Shown here piece after piece: positions 27,650-36,921 of a stretch of DNA of 62,798 nucleotides (position 1 is its first letter; every line of letters begins with the position of its first letter). The notes below the pieces were generated by a model. That model saw only the letters and a program-made list of their open reading frames with translations, had not been told where the DNA came from and ran no database searches. The translations under genes and the position numbers were made by a program. The stretch is from a virus (lineage: Duplodnaviria > Caudoviricetes), in the IMG/VR virus record IMGVR_UViG_3300050498_000431, positions 1-62,798 of that record; one strand, written 5' to 3'.

Positions 27650-30600
27650 TCACCTCAAGTGGGGGGCATGAGCCCGAGCCGTTTGGCGCAGGATACCCGT
27701 CTGGCCGTGACCACGTGTCAGCGTTGGCGCCGTGGCCTGGCCGGTCGGCTGTAACGTCGCATTAATCCCCATCAGGAGCAGGGGCATTTCTAACATGCTC
27801 GACCGCGCGAGTGGCGTCGTACTACTCCCGACGAGGGCACTCAGGAGCGCCCGGCCACTCACCTGCCCACTCGGGGGCGTGAAACTACTCGTCACGAGCA
27901 CGGCCGCGAGCGCGCGGATGAGGGGCGCGGACGCGAGCGGCGTCTGGGTTACGAGGCCGAGGGTTGCTTGGAGCCGCAACACATAGGCCGCCTGCACCGA
28001 TGGCGTGAGGCTGGTCGATGCGAGCACGCCGGTCAACCGCCGCAGGTGGATGACCTGGGCGGCCGGGATCTGACTGGCACTGCTGCAGAGGGCCTGCAAG
28101 CGCCGCACGAGTTGGCGGGCACTGGCGGGCGTCGTACTCGTGAGCGCCAGCGTCGCCGTGAGGGCGTGCACCGCTCCCATGGTGACTGTGGCCGCGGGCG
28201 TGAGACTACTCGCCGCGACACTGGCACTGAGGCGGCGCACGAGTTGGCGCGCACTGGCCGGGGTCACGCTACTGCCCACGAGTACCCCGGTGAGGCGGTG
28301 GGTCTGGCGGGCCGCGCTCGCCGGAGTGGTGCTCGTTGCCGCCAGCGTCGCCGCGAGGGACCGGACGGTGCCCATGCTGACCGTGGCCGTTGGCGTCTGA
28401 CTGGCGCCGAGGACCACCGTCGTCAGCCGTCGCGTGAGCGTCCGGGCGCTGGCGGGCGTGAGACTGCTGGGCGTGAGTTGCGCCACGAGATGCCGAAGCG
28501 TCCCCATCGTGGCCGTCGCAGCCGGGGTCGTACTGGCCCCGCTGACGGCACTCTGGAGACGGCGCGTGAGCGTCGCTTGGCTGGCGGGAGTGGTACTGGC
28601 GCCCAGGACGCCCGTCGTCAGACGGCGCACCACGGCGCGCGCCGCCGCAGGTGTGCTACTCGCACTACTCATCGCGGCGGTGAGGGAGCGCACAGCAGTC
28701 ACGCTGGCCTGGGCCGGAGGCGTCGTGCTTGGCCCGACAAGGGCTGCCGCAACCCGGTGCAGGACCGTCGCGGCGCTCGTGGGCGTCGTACTGGTCGCAG
28801 GAAGCCCCGCGGTCAGGCGCCGTGTCACCGTCCGCGCACTCGCCGGGGTCGTACTCGCCCCGCTGAGAGCTGCCGTCAGGCGCCGCAGGGTGAGCAAGAT
28901 CGCCGTGGCACTGGGCGTCGTGCTGGCCCCTGCGAGGGCCGTCTGCAGCCGCTTGACGCTGGCCTGGGCACTGCTCGGTGTCACGCTCGTGCCCGTCAGG
29001 GTGCCCGTGAGGCGCCGGGCCGTGGTGGGACTGGCGGCCGGAGGGGTGGTACTGGCCCCAACGAGCGTCGTCGTCAGGCGGCGGGTGAGCGTCCGGGCGG
29101 CCACCGGGGTGGCACTGGCCCCGGCGAGTTGGCCAGTCAGGCGCCGCGTCAGGGTCCGGGCACTGGCGGGCGTGGTACTGGCCCCCAGCACGGCCGCCGT
29201 GAGCAGCCGGGTCGTGGGAATACTGGCCGTCGCAGTCGGCGTGCTACTCGCCCCGGCCACTTGGGCACTCAGGCGGCGCGTCAGGGTCCGGGCACTCGTC
29301 GGGGTGGTACTGGCACCGACCAGACTGGCGGTGAACTTAACACCAGGCGCCTGCCACTGCACAAAGACGACGGTGGTATAGGGCGGGGTGGTGGTACTGA
29401 GAGCGTCCACCGTGGGGGTGGCGCTGCCCGACGTAAAGCCCGTACTGCCAGTATTCGCCCAGGTATGCGTATGCGTCGTCGTGGGCGCGTTCACGGCGCC
29501 CGCCGTGCGGTTTTCCCCAGCCCCCGCCGCCCCCGTCACGGTATGGGTATGGGCCGCGACGGCATGCGTGTGGCCCGTCGCCGTGTGCGTATGACTGAGG
29601 GAGCCCCCGGTCTGGCCGATCGTGGCGAGGCTCGTGGCGCCTTTGACAAAGAAGCTGCGCAGATCGGGCGTGCCGTTGGTGCCGTCACAGAGCTTCCAGT
29701 TCGCGGGAATGGTCGCCAACGAGCCCGTCCAGAGGCCAATCAGCTTGTCGGGCCAGGAGAGCGCCCCGCTCACGTTCTGGATAAAGGCCTGCGTCCAGAA
29801 AGGCGGTTCATGGTTGACGGTACTCACGCCGTCCGTCGACCCGGTAATGGCGCCGTTGGCACTCCCGATGGTGAGGACATGGGTATGGGTCCCGGTGGCC
29901 GTGGCCGCCGTGGCGCCACTCACGTCGCCTGCCGTCAGGGCTTCACTCCGCTGGGGCGAGGTGACATCCGGGTGGGGATGCGCGTAGGGCGTACTGTGCG
30001 TATGGGAGGCCAGCGTATGGCTGTGCGTGAGCGCGCCGCCACTGCCCCCGCCATTCCCTGCCGCTGGGGCGCCTTTGAGATAGCGCCCGCGCAGATCGGG
30101 CTTGCCACTGGTGCCGTCTGCCAACTCCCAGCCACTGGGCAGCCCCCCGGCCTCATTCCACACGGCCAGCATCGAAGCCGGGAAGCCAATGGACGTGCCG
30201 TCAGAGCGGAGAAAGAGGACCTCGCCATAGGGCGGCTCCAGGCTACCGCTATCGGTACTGGGCGTGTCAGTCGCCGTCGTGGTCACGGGATTGACCGTCA
30301 CGGTCGCGGCATGGGTATGCGCCAGTGGCGGGTTGGTGGTCCCCGCGTCCCGCGCCGTGGTGCCCGCGGGACTGGCCGAGGCCGGGACGGTGTGGGTATG
30401 CGCCGTCGTATGGCTATGCGCCGTACTGGTATGGGTATGCGTCAGCGCCCCGCCGCCGGTCCCCGGCTCTGCAGCCGCCGCCGCGCCTCGGGGATACAGA
30501 CCATCGAGGGCCGTGGCGCGCGTCCAGCCACTGGGAATACTCGCCGCCGTCCCCGACCACAGCACCGTCAGGCCACTGGGGACGGCGCCCACCACATCTC

Positions 30601-31426
30601 CTGCCGGTGGGGCCAGGGCCAGGGGCACCACATGCAGGGGCGAGCGCCAGCGCAGTTCCTGGGGCGCGCGCAGCCGGGAGCGCAGGATGAGGGCTTGCAG
30701 CTCTGGCTGCGACAATGCCCGGAGCCAGAAGCGCCAATCATCCACCGCGCCATGCCAGGGAAAGGTGCTGGCGCCGGAATGCCGACCCAAGAGCACGGGT
30801 TGCGTCCCTACGTTAGGCCAAACGGCCGGGATCGTGCCAGAAAAAATGAGCGATTTGGCCTGGCCATTCACGTACATTTTGATCCGGTCGGGATTGGTGG
30901 CGCCACTCCCGTCAAAGACGACGGCGAGGTGATACCAGCCCCCAGGACTCACGCCGGAGACATACTCAAAACCCGTATAGATCGAGGACGTAAACTCGAA
31001 ATAGAAAAAAGCATCCGTCCAGGTATAGAGCAGCCACTCAACCGACGCACTCGTGTACTTGGTCCACAGATACTCCCGGACATTGAGCGTCGTCTGCCTG
31101 GCCCATCCGGCGAGGGTGACCGCCGGGGCATTGTTGAGGGCGAGAAGCGGACCGGCATTGCCCTGCACGGTCCCCCCGTCATCGTTGAGACGCAGCTCGC
31201 CATAGCCGCCCGGACGCCGCGTCGGCCCCCAGCCTTGCGTGGCACTACTCGCGCCCAACCCGGTAAGCGCGATAGGAGCGCGGCCGGCAAGGTCGAGCCA
31301 GCGACTCCCGCCCATCCGCTGGGGCAGCACCTGCCACCAGGCGAGGAGTTCACGATTGAGGGGCGCATCCCAATTGATCGGGGAGGCATAATCAAGGCTA
31401 CGGGGGGTGAGGATGTCGAGTGCCAT
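27650..31426 (-). CDS. fibre protein: LamG domain, three collar-like/His-rich modules and a basic repeat region
   Basis: WYHLAVVFDG and GAVDDWRFWLRALS LamG motifs; IP-x-GW-x-L-x-DG-x2-G-x-PDLR collar motifs; many HTH/HSH motifs. Confidence 0.8.
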   Translation of the reverse strand: MALDILTPRSLDYASPINWDAPLNRELLAWWQVLPQRMGGSRWLDLAGRAPIALTGLGASSATQGWGPTRRPGGYGELRLNDDGGTVQGNAGPLLALNNAPAVTLAGWARQTTLNVREYLWTKYTSASVEWLLYTWTDAFFYFEFTSSIYTGFEYVSGVSPGGWYHLAVVFDGSGATNPDRIKMYVNGQAKSLIFSGTIPAVWPNVGTQPVLLGRHSGASTFPWHGAVDDWRFWLRALSQPELQALILRSRLRAPQELRWRSPLHVVPLALAPPAGDVVGAVPSGLTVLWSGTAASIPSGWTRATALDGLYPRGAAAAAEPGTGGGALTHTHTSTAHSHTTAHTHTVPASASPAGTTARDAGTTNPPLAHTHAATVTVNPVTTTATDTPSTDSGSLEPPYGEVLFLRSDGTSIGFPASMLAVWNEAGGLPSGWELADGTSGKPDLRGRYLKGAPAAGNGGGSGGALTHSHTLASHTHSTPYAHPHPDVTSPQRSEALTAGDVSGATAATATGTHTHVLTIGSANGAITGSTDGVSTVNHEPPFWTQAFIQNVSGALSWPDKLIGLWTGSLATIPANWKLCDGTNGTPDLRSFFVKGATSLATIGQTGGSLSHTHTATGHTHAVAAHTHTVTGAAGAGENRTAGAVNAPTTTHTHTWANTGSTGFTSGSATPTVDALSTTTPPYTTVVFVQWQAPGVKFTASLVGASTTPTSARTLTRRLSAQVAGASSTPTATASIPTTRLLTAAVLGASTTPASARTLTRRLTGQLAGASATPVAARTLTRRLTTTLVGASTTPPAASPTTARRLTGTLTGTSVTPSSAQASVKRLQTALAGASTTPSATAILLTLRRLTAALSGASTTPASARTVTRRLTAGLPATSTTPTSAATVLHRVAAALVGPSTTPPAQASVTAVRSLTAAMSSASSTPAAARAVVRRLTTGVLGASTTPASQATLTRRLQSAVSGASTTPAATATMGTLRHLVAQLTPSSLTPASARTLTRRLTTVVLGASQTPTATVSMGTVRSLAATLAATSTTPASAARQTHRLTGVLVGSSVTPASARQLVRRLSASVAASSLTPAATVTMGAVHALTATLALTSTTPASARQLVRRLQALCSSASQIPAAQVIHLRRLTGVLASTSLTPSVQAAYVLRLQATLGLVTQTPLASAPLIRALAAVLVTSSFTPPSGQVSGRALLSALVGSSTTPLARSSMLEMPLLLMGINATLQPTGQATAPTLTRGHGQTGILRQTARAHAPHLR
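27815..29340 (-). repeat. about 24 imperfect 21-23 aa coding repeats (RRL-x3-L-x-GAS-x-TP)
   Basis: S-x-TP cores counted by eye in the translation; no Asp or Glu seen in the repeat block. Confidence 0.85.
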
Positions 31427-31447
31427 CAGAGCACCCCATTACATAGT

Positions 31448-32254
31448 TTAAACTGAAGTAATAAAGGCCCCGATATAGCTGAGAACATGCGGGCCGGTGG
31501 CATGCAGGGCGCCACCATTGTTATGGGCCACGAAGACGCCGAACCGTTTGGGGTGCAGGCCAAACGCCTCGGCCACGGTGAGGCAGCGAATGGGGTAGGT
31601 CAGGTTAGCCGTCGCCGACACGGCCGTGGCGCCGACGAGGATGAGGCCGCTGTCAAGCATGTAGGCATTGGTGATGGTGCGGGCACTGTTCACGCCGGTA
31701 ATCTGATCGGGCCAGGTGGGGGTATCATCGAGCGCGGCATAGCCATAGAGGCGGATTTCGGTGTCGACCGTCACCGTAGAGCCGGTGCGAATGCGAGCAG
31801 TGATTCGGCCATCCACATACAGGTTCGTGGTATTATCGATGGCGGTCGATTCCTGGCCCACGAGAAACGTACTGGCGGAGGCGAGGGCATCCAGGGTAAT
31901 CGTCAGGGCAACCGAGGCTGCGTAGCTGAGCTTCACGTTGGCGTTTTCTTTCAAGGCCAACCACCACGGGGCCTCGCCAGCCGCCTCATACACCCGATCA
32001 TCAAAGTGTGGGGGTATCCGCCTGGCCGGGGAGAGAAACTCATAGGCATGTCCCCGATGCTTCGCTTCCCACTCCCACATTTCCTGCGGAAACGCCTGGG
32101 GCGTGCGCCCGAGGCGATGCCGATGTTGACAGGTCCAGCAGTAGGCATCCAGATCAATCTGCACCCGGTCAGCATCAGGCGAGAGCAGGCGAACAGCCTC
32201 GGCACTGGGCACAAGCGTGGGCAGAAAAGGCGTGCATGACATCGCGTGCTCCAT
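31448..32254 (-). CDS. virion-associated hypothetical protein
   Basis: Coupled gene in the structural operon; N-terminal CxxC-x-H; C-terminal beta-rich domain. Confidence 0.6.
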   Translation of the reverse strand: MEHAMSCTPFLPTLVPSAEAVRLLSPDADRVQIDLDAYCWTCQHRHRLGRTPQAFPQEMWEWEAKHRGHAYEFLSPARRIPPHFDDRVYEAAGEAPWWLALKENANVKLSYAASVALTITLDALASASTFLVGQESTAIDNTTNLYVDGRITARIRTGSTVTVDTEIRLYGYAALDDTPTWPDQITGVNSARTITNAYMLDSGLILVGATAVSATANLTYPIRCLTVAEAFGLHPKRFGVFVAHNNGGALHATGPHVLSYIGAFITSV

Positions 32255-32769
32255 TAGGGGATGGCCCAGGCTTGTTCCACATCACTGCCGGTGAGTTGCC
32301 CCTGAAAGCCCATCACAGCGGGAGAGGCCGTGGTGCCCGTGCCACTGCTGGGGACGATGAGGAGCTTTTCCGCCTCCGAGGCTTTCTCGCGCCCCAAGGC
32401 CAGCAGGAAATTGACTTGTTGCTGCGAGGCGCCCTGCCCGCCAAAAATCGCCTGCCACCCGGCACGGGTTTGTGCCAAGGACGGATTCACCACGCCTGGA
32501 TTAAACATGCGCGCCCAGCTATCCCGGTCTTGCACCGTTTGGGCTTTGTACGTACTCCAGTTCCAAAATGTCCCATCAGGGGACGTGGCTTCGTAGACCT
32601 CTTGCTCGGCGAGGGCCGTACGCCAGACCCAGAAATCGGGCGACGCCACCTGGTTATAGCCCGCCGCAATGGTGTAGGCGTTTTCACCCGTCTGCGCCAT
32701 GGAGCCATAGACCGGGTGCGCGGCAATGTCGGCTTTGAGGAGCGTCAGTTGTTGCGTGGTGAGCGGCAT
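32254..32769 (-). CDS. virion-associated hypothetical protein
   Basis: Coupled gene; clear paralogue at 9091-9696. Confidence 0.65.
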   Translation of the reverse strand: MPLTTQQLTLLKADIAAHPVYGSMAQTGENAYTIAAGYNQVASPDFWVWRTALAEQEVYEATSPDGTFWNWSTYKAQTVQDRDSWARMFNPGVVNPSLAQTRAGWQAIFGGQGASQQQVNFLLALGREKASEAEKLLIVPSSGTGTTASPAVMGFQGQLTGSDVEQAWAIP

Positions 32770-32779
32770 GCGCGTCCCC

Positions 32780-33613
32780 TTACGTCATTGACACGTCAAA
32801 CGCGCCTATATCGAACTGTACTGTATCATTGGCATTAACGACCTGATCCACAATGTTGGTATTGTCATAGCCGATGACGTTCCCCGCCCCACTCGCGCTA
32901 TCGGCAATGAAACAGCTCGTAATGGTCCCCCACCCGGCACTCGGCGTGACAAACGTGATCGCGGCGACATTGTCCAGGGCACCGCCAGCGGCGTTCGTCC
33001 AGGTGGGCGCCGCCCCGCCATTGGGATTCACTTGCTTGCGGACGTAACTGCCCCCCGTCACCTCGGTCACGCCAGCAATCGTATTGGTCGTGTCACTGAT
33101 GGTGGCAGTAGCAAGTCCGATATACGTGGAAGGTTTCGCATAGGCTTGATTGCGAAACATCCGGTCAAGCAAACTGTGGACGGTCCCGTCGGTAAAGCCC
33201 GCGCCACTCGACGCGTTCATTTGCACTTGTAGCTCGCCGCTGGGAATGGTCGGGGTATTCCCGTTGACCGGCGCAAACGAGGCGGTAAAGGACCCGTACG
33301 CCAGGACATTGCCCGCCCCGTACGTGTTCGTATCCAGAATGGCCCAGTCCGTAATCGTCCCCCAGGCGCCCGTGGCTGGCGGGAAGGTGACGGCGCCGCT
33401 CTGGATCACTTTGCGCAAGGCCGCTGCGCCAAACGTGACGGCGGTGCGCGCATAGCCGTTGGCATTGGCGACTTCACTCATAGCCGCCCCGGTGGCCGTA
33501 TCGGTCAAGGTCGCAGTCGAGAGGGCCACATAGACCGTCGCCACGGAGGTATAGGCCGTGTTGAAGATATGGTTTAATAAGGCATTTTCGGCATAGTCCG
33601 ATAATGACCCCAT
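32780..33613 (-). CDS. structural (fibre/neck) protein with a tandem duplicated domain
   Basis: Two copies of Y(V/I)-x-L-x-TAT...EV...Y-x-R...(V/I)TF...WGTIT...GAGNV. Confidence 0.7.
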   Translation of the reverse strand: MGSLSDYAENALLNHIFNTAYTSVATVYVALSTATLTDTATGAAMSEVANANGYARTAVTFGAAALRKVIQSGAVTFPPATGAWGTITDWAILDTNTYGAGNVLAYGSFTASFAPVNGNTPTIPSGELQVQMNASSGAGFTDGTVHSLLDRMFRNQAYAKPSTYIGLATATISDTTNTIAGVTEVTGGSYVRKQVNPNGGAAPTWTNAAGGALDNVAAITFVTPSAGWGTITSCFIADSASGAGNVIGYDNTNIVDQVVNANDTVQFDIGAFDVSMT

Positions 33614-33712
33614 TCTGCATTCCCCTCTCGTTCATGTATGCGGAAAAAACAAGCCTTCTGCTCTGCACAACGCTATACTGGCGCTTCAACACTACGCTGG
33701 AAAGGCACACCT

Positions 33713-33868
33713 ATGATGCACGAAGAAACAGCCCCGCACTGTTGTGAAACCGTGACCGCCTTGATTGACGCGCACTCTATACCGGAAGAGGCCATCCCAT
33801 TTCCCCCGCCTGCGGCAGACTGGGGGACCGCCACAGACTGGCTGATTGTCGAACCAGATCCGACCTAG
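33713..33868 (+). CDS. possible small antisense moron ORF
   Basis: Fills the intergenic gap; TATACT at 33674-33679 and AAAGG upstream. Confidence 0.3.
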   Translation: MMHEETAPHCCETVTALIDAHSIPEEAIPFPPPAADWGTATDWLIVEPDPT

Positions 33869-33882
33869 CACCCCTGCGGCGG

Positions 33883-34290
33883 TTACAGCGCCCGCGCACA
33901 CCGCACGTTAAACAACAGGACGGGCCGCTGAAAGTCATCGGTGCGCAACCAGTACGGACTTTGCAGCGCCTCTAGCCAGAGATAGAACGTGCCACTGAGC
34001 GACGTATTCTGCACGCCGTCGAGCACGTCCCACGCCGCCTGTGCGGCCGCCCGGGCCGCCGGATAGCCGTACGGCGTCCCACGCGTGGCCACTTGTACCA
34101 CGGGCTGCTCGTAGCGCGCCACGGGCACATCATGACTGCGCACAGGCGGCAACCCTGGGACTTCGATGAGGGCGAGGATAGGGGCCGTGTTCTCGAGCGT
34201 ATCGAGCGGGAAACTCCCCTTAAACAGCGTATTCCCCACAGCGCCCACGCCTTGACTCTGGAGGTAGGCGCCTAACTCGTCCAGTAACAT
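33883..34290 (-). CDS. tail terminator / minor capsid-family protein
   Basis: EQP-x-VQV-x2-RG...ALQSP-x2-L-x2-D-x3-R pattern; synteny. Confidence 0.75.
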   Translation of the reverse strand: MLLDELGAYLQSQGVGAVGNTLFKGSFPLDTLENTAPILALIEVPGLPPVRSHDVPVARYEQPVVQVATRGTPYGYPAARAAAQAAWDVLDGVQNTSLSGTFYLWLEALQSPYWLRTDDFQRPVLLFNVRCARAL

Positions 34291-34293
34291 ACG

Positions 34294-34557
34294 CTACTCA
34301 TCCTTGACACTGCGGTAGACATGCGTTTTGGTAAGCGCGACGTCGGGTTGCAGCAGCCCGTCCCACACGTGGAAGGTCAACGTCACATCGCCGCTCATGC
34401 CCTTCCGCAAGAGCTCGCGCCACTGTTCTTCGAGCAGTTGCAAGATGGTACGCCGTTGCTGCACATTGAAGGGCCGCTCATACAACACGGCTTTACGGGC
34501 GTCGGCAAGGTCGGGCAAGGGATTGCCATAGCCGTCGTGGCGCATAAACTGGGGCAT
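34294..34557 (-). CDS. hypothetical protein
   Basis: Tightly packed in the operon; G-x-VTLTFH-x3-G motif. Confidence 0.55.
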   Translation of the reverse strand: MPQFMRHDGYGNPLPDLADARKAVLYERPFNVQQRRTILQLLEEQWRELLRKGMSGDVTLTFHVWDGLLQPDVALTKTHVYRSVKDE

Positions 34558-34559
34558 GA

Positions 34560-34949
34560 CTAGCCTCGCAGTGCCGGGCCAATGCGGGCGCCCAACCGTT
34601 CGGCCATCCCGCCCGTTGCCGTAAAAACTGGTTCTGAAAGGAAATGATGTTGCCCGCCGTTGGGATGATTGAATGTCGTATCCTCATGCTGCACAATGGC
34701 ATACGGCGCGAGGCCATGCCCGCCATAGCGGATGTCCACCGTCGTTTCGTGGCCGCTGACCGTCGGCCCCTCGACCATGCCAGTCAGGATGAGGAGCGTC
34801 GTATCCACTGGGACCAAGGGCAAACTGGCTTCCAGAATCTGATCCGCTTCCGCTTTCAGGGCGCGGGCGGCGGCGGGACCGACCTGGGCTTGCAACCGCT
34901 GCCAGGATTGGCGGAGGGCCTCGATGCCTTCAAGCTCAATGGTAATCAT
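34560..34949 (-). CDS. neck / tail completion protein (HK97 gp10-like)
   Basis: VPVDT-x2-L...APYA-x-VQHE...FL-x2-P. Confidence 0.75.
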   Translation of the reverse strand: MITIELEGIEALRQSWQRLQAQVGPAAARALKAEADQILEASLPLVPVDTTLLILTGMVEGPTVSGHETTVDIRYGGHGLAPYAIVQHEDTTFNHPNGGQHHFLSEPVFTATGGMAERLGARIGPALRG

Positions 34950-34959
34950 GCTCGTCTTC

Positions 34960-35280
34960 CTAAATGACACATTCCCAATGATCCGGCGTCCCTTGCGGCG
35001 TCTTCCACAGGTCGAGCCGCTCGATCGCCGGGCTCGTGCCATCCTCCAACGTCAGCTTATCGCGCAGCCCGAGCGTGACCGTGCCATCAAAGAAGAGCAG
35101 CGCTCGGCTGACCCGTTCTTGTCCGTGCGCATTGGTAAACACCTGCGTGCGGTACTCGACGCGGCAGGGCGTGGCGACAGGCGTGCCATACGTGGGCGTG
35201 CCATAGCCGTCCTGGCCCGTGTAGGGGGCAATCTGGACGGTATCGGTGAGGAAGGCGACGAGGGCGCTATGCATCGGCAC
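34960..35280 (-). CDS. head closure (stopper) protein
   Basis: DGYG-x-P-x-Y...PCRVE...G-x-E-x-VS pattern; synteny. Confidence 0.7.
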   Translation of the reverse strand: MPMHSALVAFLTDTVQIAPYTGQDGYGTPTYGTPVATPCRVEYRTQVFTNAHGQERVSRALLFFDGTVTLGLRDKLTLEDGTSPAIERLDLWKTPQGTPDHWECVI

Positions 35281-35281
35281 C

Positions 35282-35812
35282 TCAGGTGCGCAAAATCGGG
35301 ATGTTGATCATGCCCGCCATGACACCGTACCCCTTGAGCAAGGCTCGCACCTCACTCGGCACACTCGTGACCGGCGAGGCCCCCACGACGGGATTCGGAT
35401 TATCCTGGTACGTGATCGTCGTCCCGCCAATCTTGGTCGACTTGATACCCGCCGTCTGGCTGCTGGTCGGCTGACTCAGCGTCGTATCGCCCAGCAGCTC
35501 CAGCGCATAGACCGCCGTCGCTTGCTCGACCGCCACCGGGATAAGGAGCGGATCGAGCGGGCGCCCATAGCGATCCACCTGCCCCGTTTGTGGCCAGGCG
35601 AGCGCCTGCGTCAGCGTCGTCGGCGTCCCGTACCAGTGCACGAGGCTATCGAGCAGACTGGTGGCCCACATCAGTGCCGGAGCCGCATCTCCACTCACCA
35701 GCGCAGCATCCCACGCCTCGTGATACGGGCGTTGCTGGAGGTACAGTGTCGCGTCCGAGACCGTGGTATACGAATTACTATTTTCGCCACCAGGCGTCGC
35801 ATCAAGAGCCAT
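35282..35812 (-). CDS. head-tail adaptor protein
   Basis: NSY-x-TV-x-DA...QAL-x-WP...IP-x2-V-x2-A...KIG-x3-I-x-Y motifs. Confidence 0.75.
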   Translation of the reverse strand: MALDATPGGENSNSYTTVSDATLYLQQRPYHEAWDAALVSGDAAPALMWATSLLDSLVHWYGTPTTLTQALAWPQTGQVDRYGRPLDPLLIPVAVEQATAVYALELLGDTTLSQPTSSQTAGIKSTKIGGTTITYQDNPNPVVGASPVTSVPSEVRALLKGYGVMAGMINIPILRT

Positions 35813-35814
35813 GG

Positions 35815-35988
35815 CTAGGAGCCTCCCACTGCGGCCCGGCGCTTCCGGCGTATCCGCACACAGAAATGCCCTAACTCCAGGCTCCACACCACATACGGCG
35901 CATCTTCCACGTCGAGACAATACCACCAGCGCCAGTCTGACAGCTCAGGGTACCAGCCCCAGGAGAGCCAGCGCACGTAATACACCAT
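35815..35988 (-). CDS. possible 57-aa Trp-rich small protein
   Basis: Hand translation MVYYVRWLSWGWYPELSDWRWWYCLDVEDAPYVVWSLELGHFCVRIRRKRRAAVGGS; fills the gap between neighbours; weak RBS. Confidence 0.4.
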   Translation of the reverse strand: MVYYVRWLSWGWYPELSDWRWWYCLDVEDAPYVVWSLELGHFCVRIRRKRRAAVGGS

Positions 35989-36005
35989 GGCGTCTGCGCC
36001 CTTCC

Positions 36006-36416
36006 CTATTCACTGCGCCGTGAGGCCGGCGGACTCGACGGCGTATGGGGCGGCGTACTCGTGGCGGCCACCTGACTCCGAGCCGTGCTGCGGGCGCTAG
36101 GGGCGTCCGCCTTGCTCGGGGCCATGACCACGACCTGGGCGCCTTCGGGCACGCCGGCCATCAGCTCCGCCTGCTCATTCGCCTTGGCGCGGGCTTCCTC
36201 ACGCTCCTCCTCGGTCTGCAGCTCAGGATGCGTGGTCCCCTGGCCGGTGCGGAAGCGGCTCATGGCGGAGGCGCGGGCCTCGGGCTCGACCTCCTTGCCT
36301 CCTGGCGGGGCGGGCGTGTAGTCGCCCAGGCGCACGGCTTCGGCGGCATCGACGGTATGCATATAGCAAGGCGTACCGTCCTCTTTGGCATAGACCATCA
36401 CAGGGTTTTGGGGCAT
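36006..36416 (-). CDS. hypothetical protein downstream of the capsid genes
   Basis: GGAGG RBS; low-complexity C-terminus. Confidence 0.6.
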   Translation of the reverse strand: MPQNPVMVYAKEDGTPCYMHTVDAAEAVRLGDYTPAPPGGKEVEPEARASAMSRFRTGQGTTHPELQTEEEREEARAKANEQAELMAGVPEGAQVVVMAPSKADAPSARSTARSQVAATSTPPHTPSSPPASRRSE

Positions 36417-36451
36417 GGCGTGTTCCTCCATCCAAGAAGAAATATGTAACC

Positions 36452-36880
36452 TTATACAAACGTGTAAATATCCCCAACATCAACAGCAAGGCCAGGATTG
36501 TTGGATGGCAGCGTGATATACGACCCCACAACTGCGCCAGGCGTGGTGCCACCGATCACATAGTTCACACGCACGAATTTACTATCGTTATCAAACCACT
36601 GCGCCTGGCTCCCCTTAATCGCAATCGACAACTTGCCAGCCGCCACCGCCGGGGGCCAAGTTAAACTAGCTATAGTTGTATACGTCCCACCAACGACGTC
36701 ACTGACCTGGAGATTGAAGGTGTAGGTGCCGGTAGCAACAACCGCCGACATATAGACCACCCAATCTGCAGACGGAAACTGGCGCGGGTAGATAAGCACG
36801 CCTGTTGAAGAGCCGTTCGCAGCCAGCGCAGCGCCGGGCGTCAATAATTCCAATGCCTTATCAAACACTGCAGTAGTCAA
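36452..36880 (-). CDS. capsid decoration / cement protein (putative)
   Basis: Beta-rich 142-aa protein directly after the major capsid gene; AAGGAG RBS, TTG start. Confidence 0.65.
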   Translation of the reverse strand: MTTAVFDKALELLTPGAALAANGSSTGVLIYPRQFPSADWVVYMSAVVATGTYTFNLQVSDVVGGTYTTIASLTWPPAVAAGKLSIAIKGSQAQWFDNDSKFVRVNYVIGGTTPGAVVGSYITLPSNNPGLAVDVGDIYTFV

Positions 36881-36921
36881 TGTACTATCTCCTTATAAAT
36901 TAGTAATATATATTATAGTCA

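Noticed and set aside
27968-31456. 1162-aa plus-strand ORF
   Set aside because: Antisense shadow of the repetitive GC-rich fibre gene, with no recognisable motifs.
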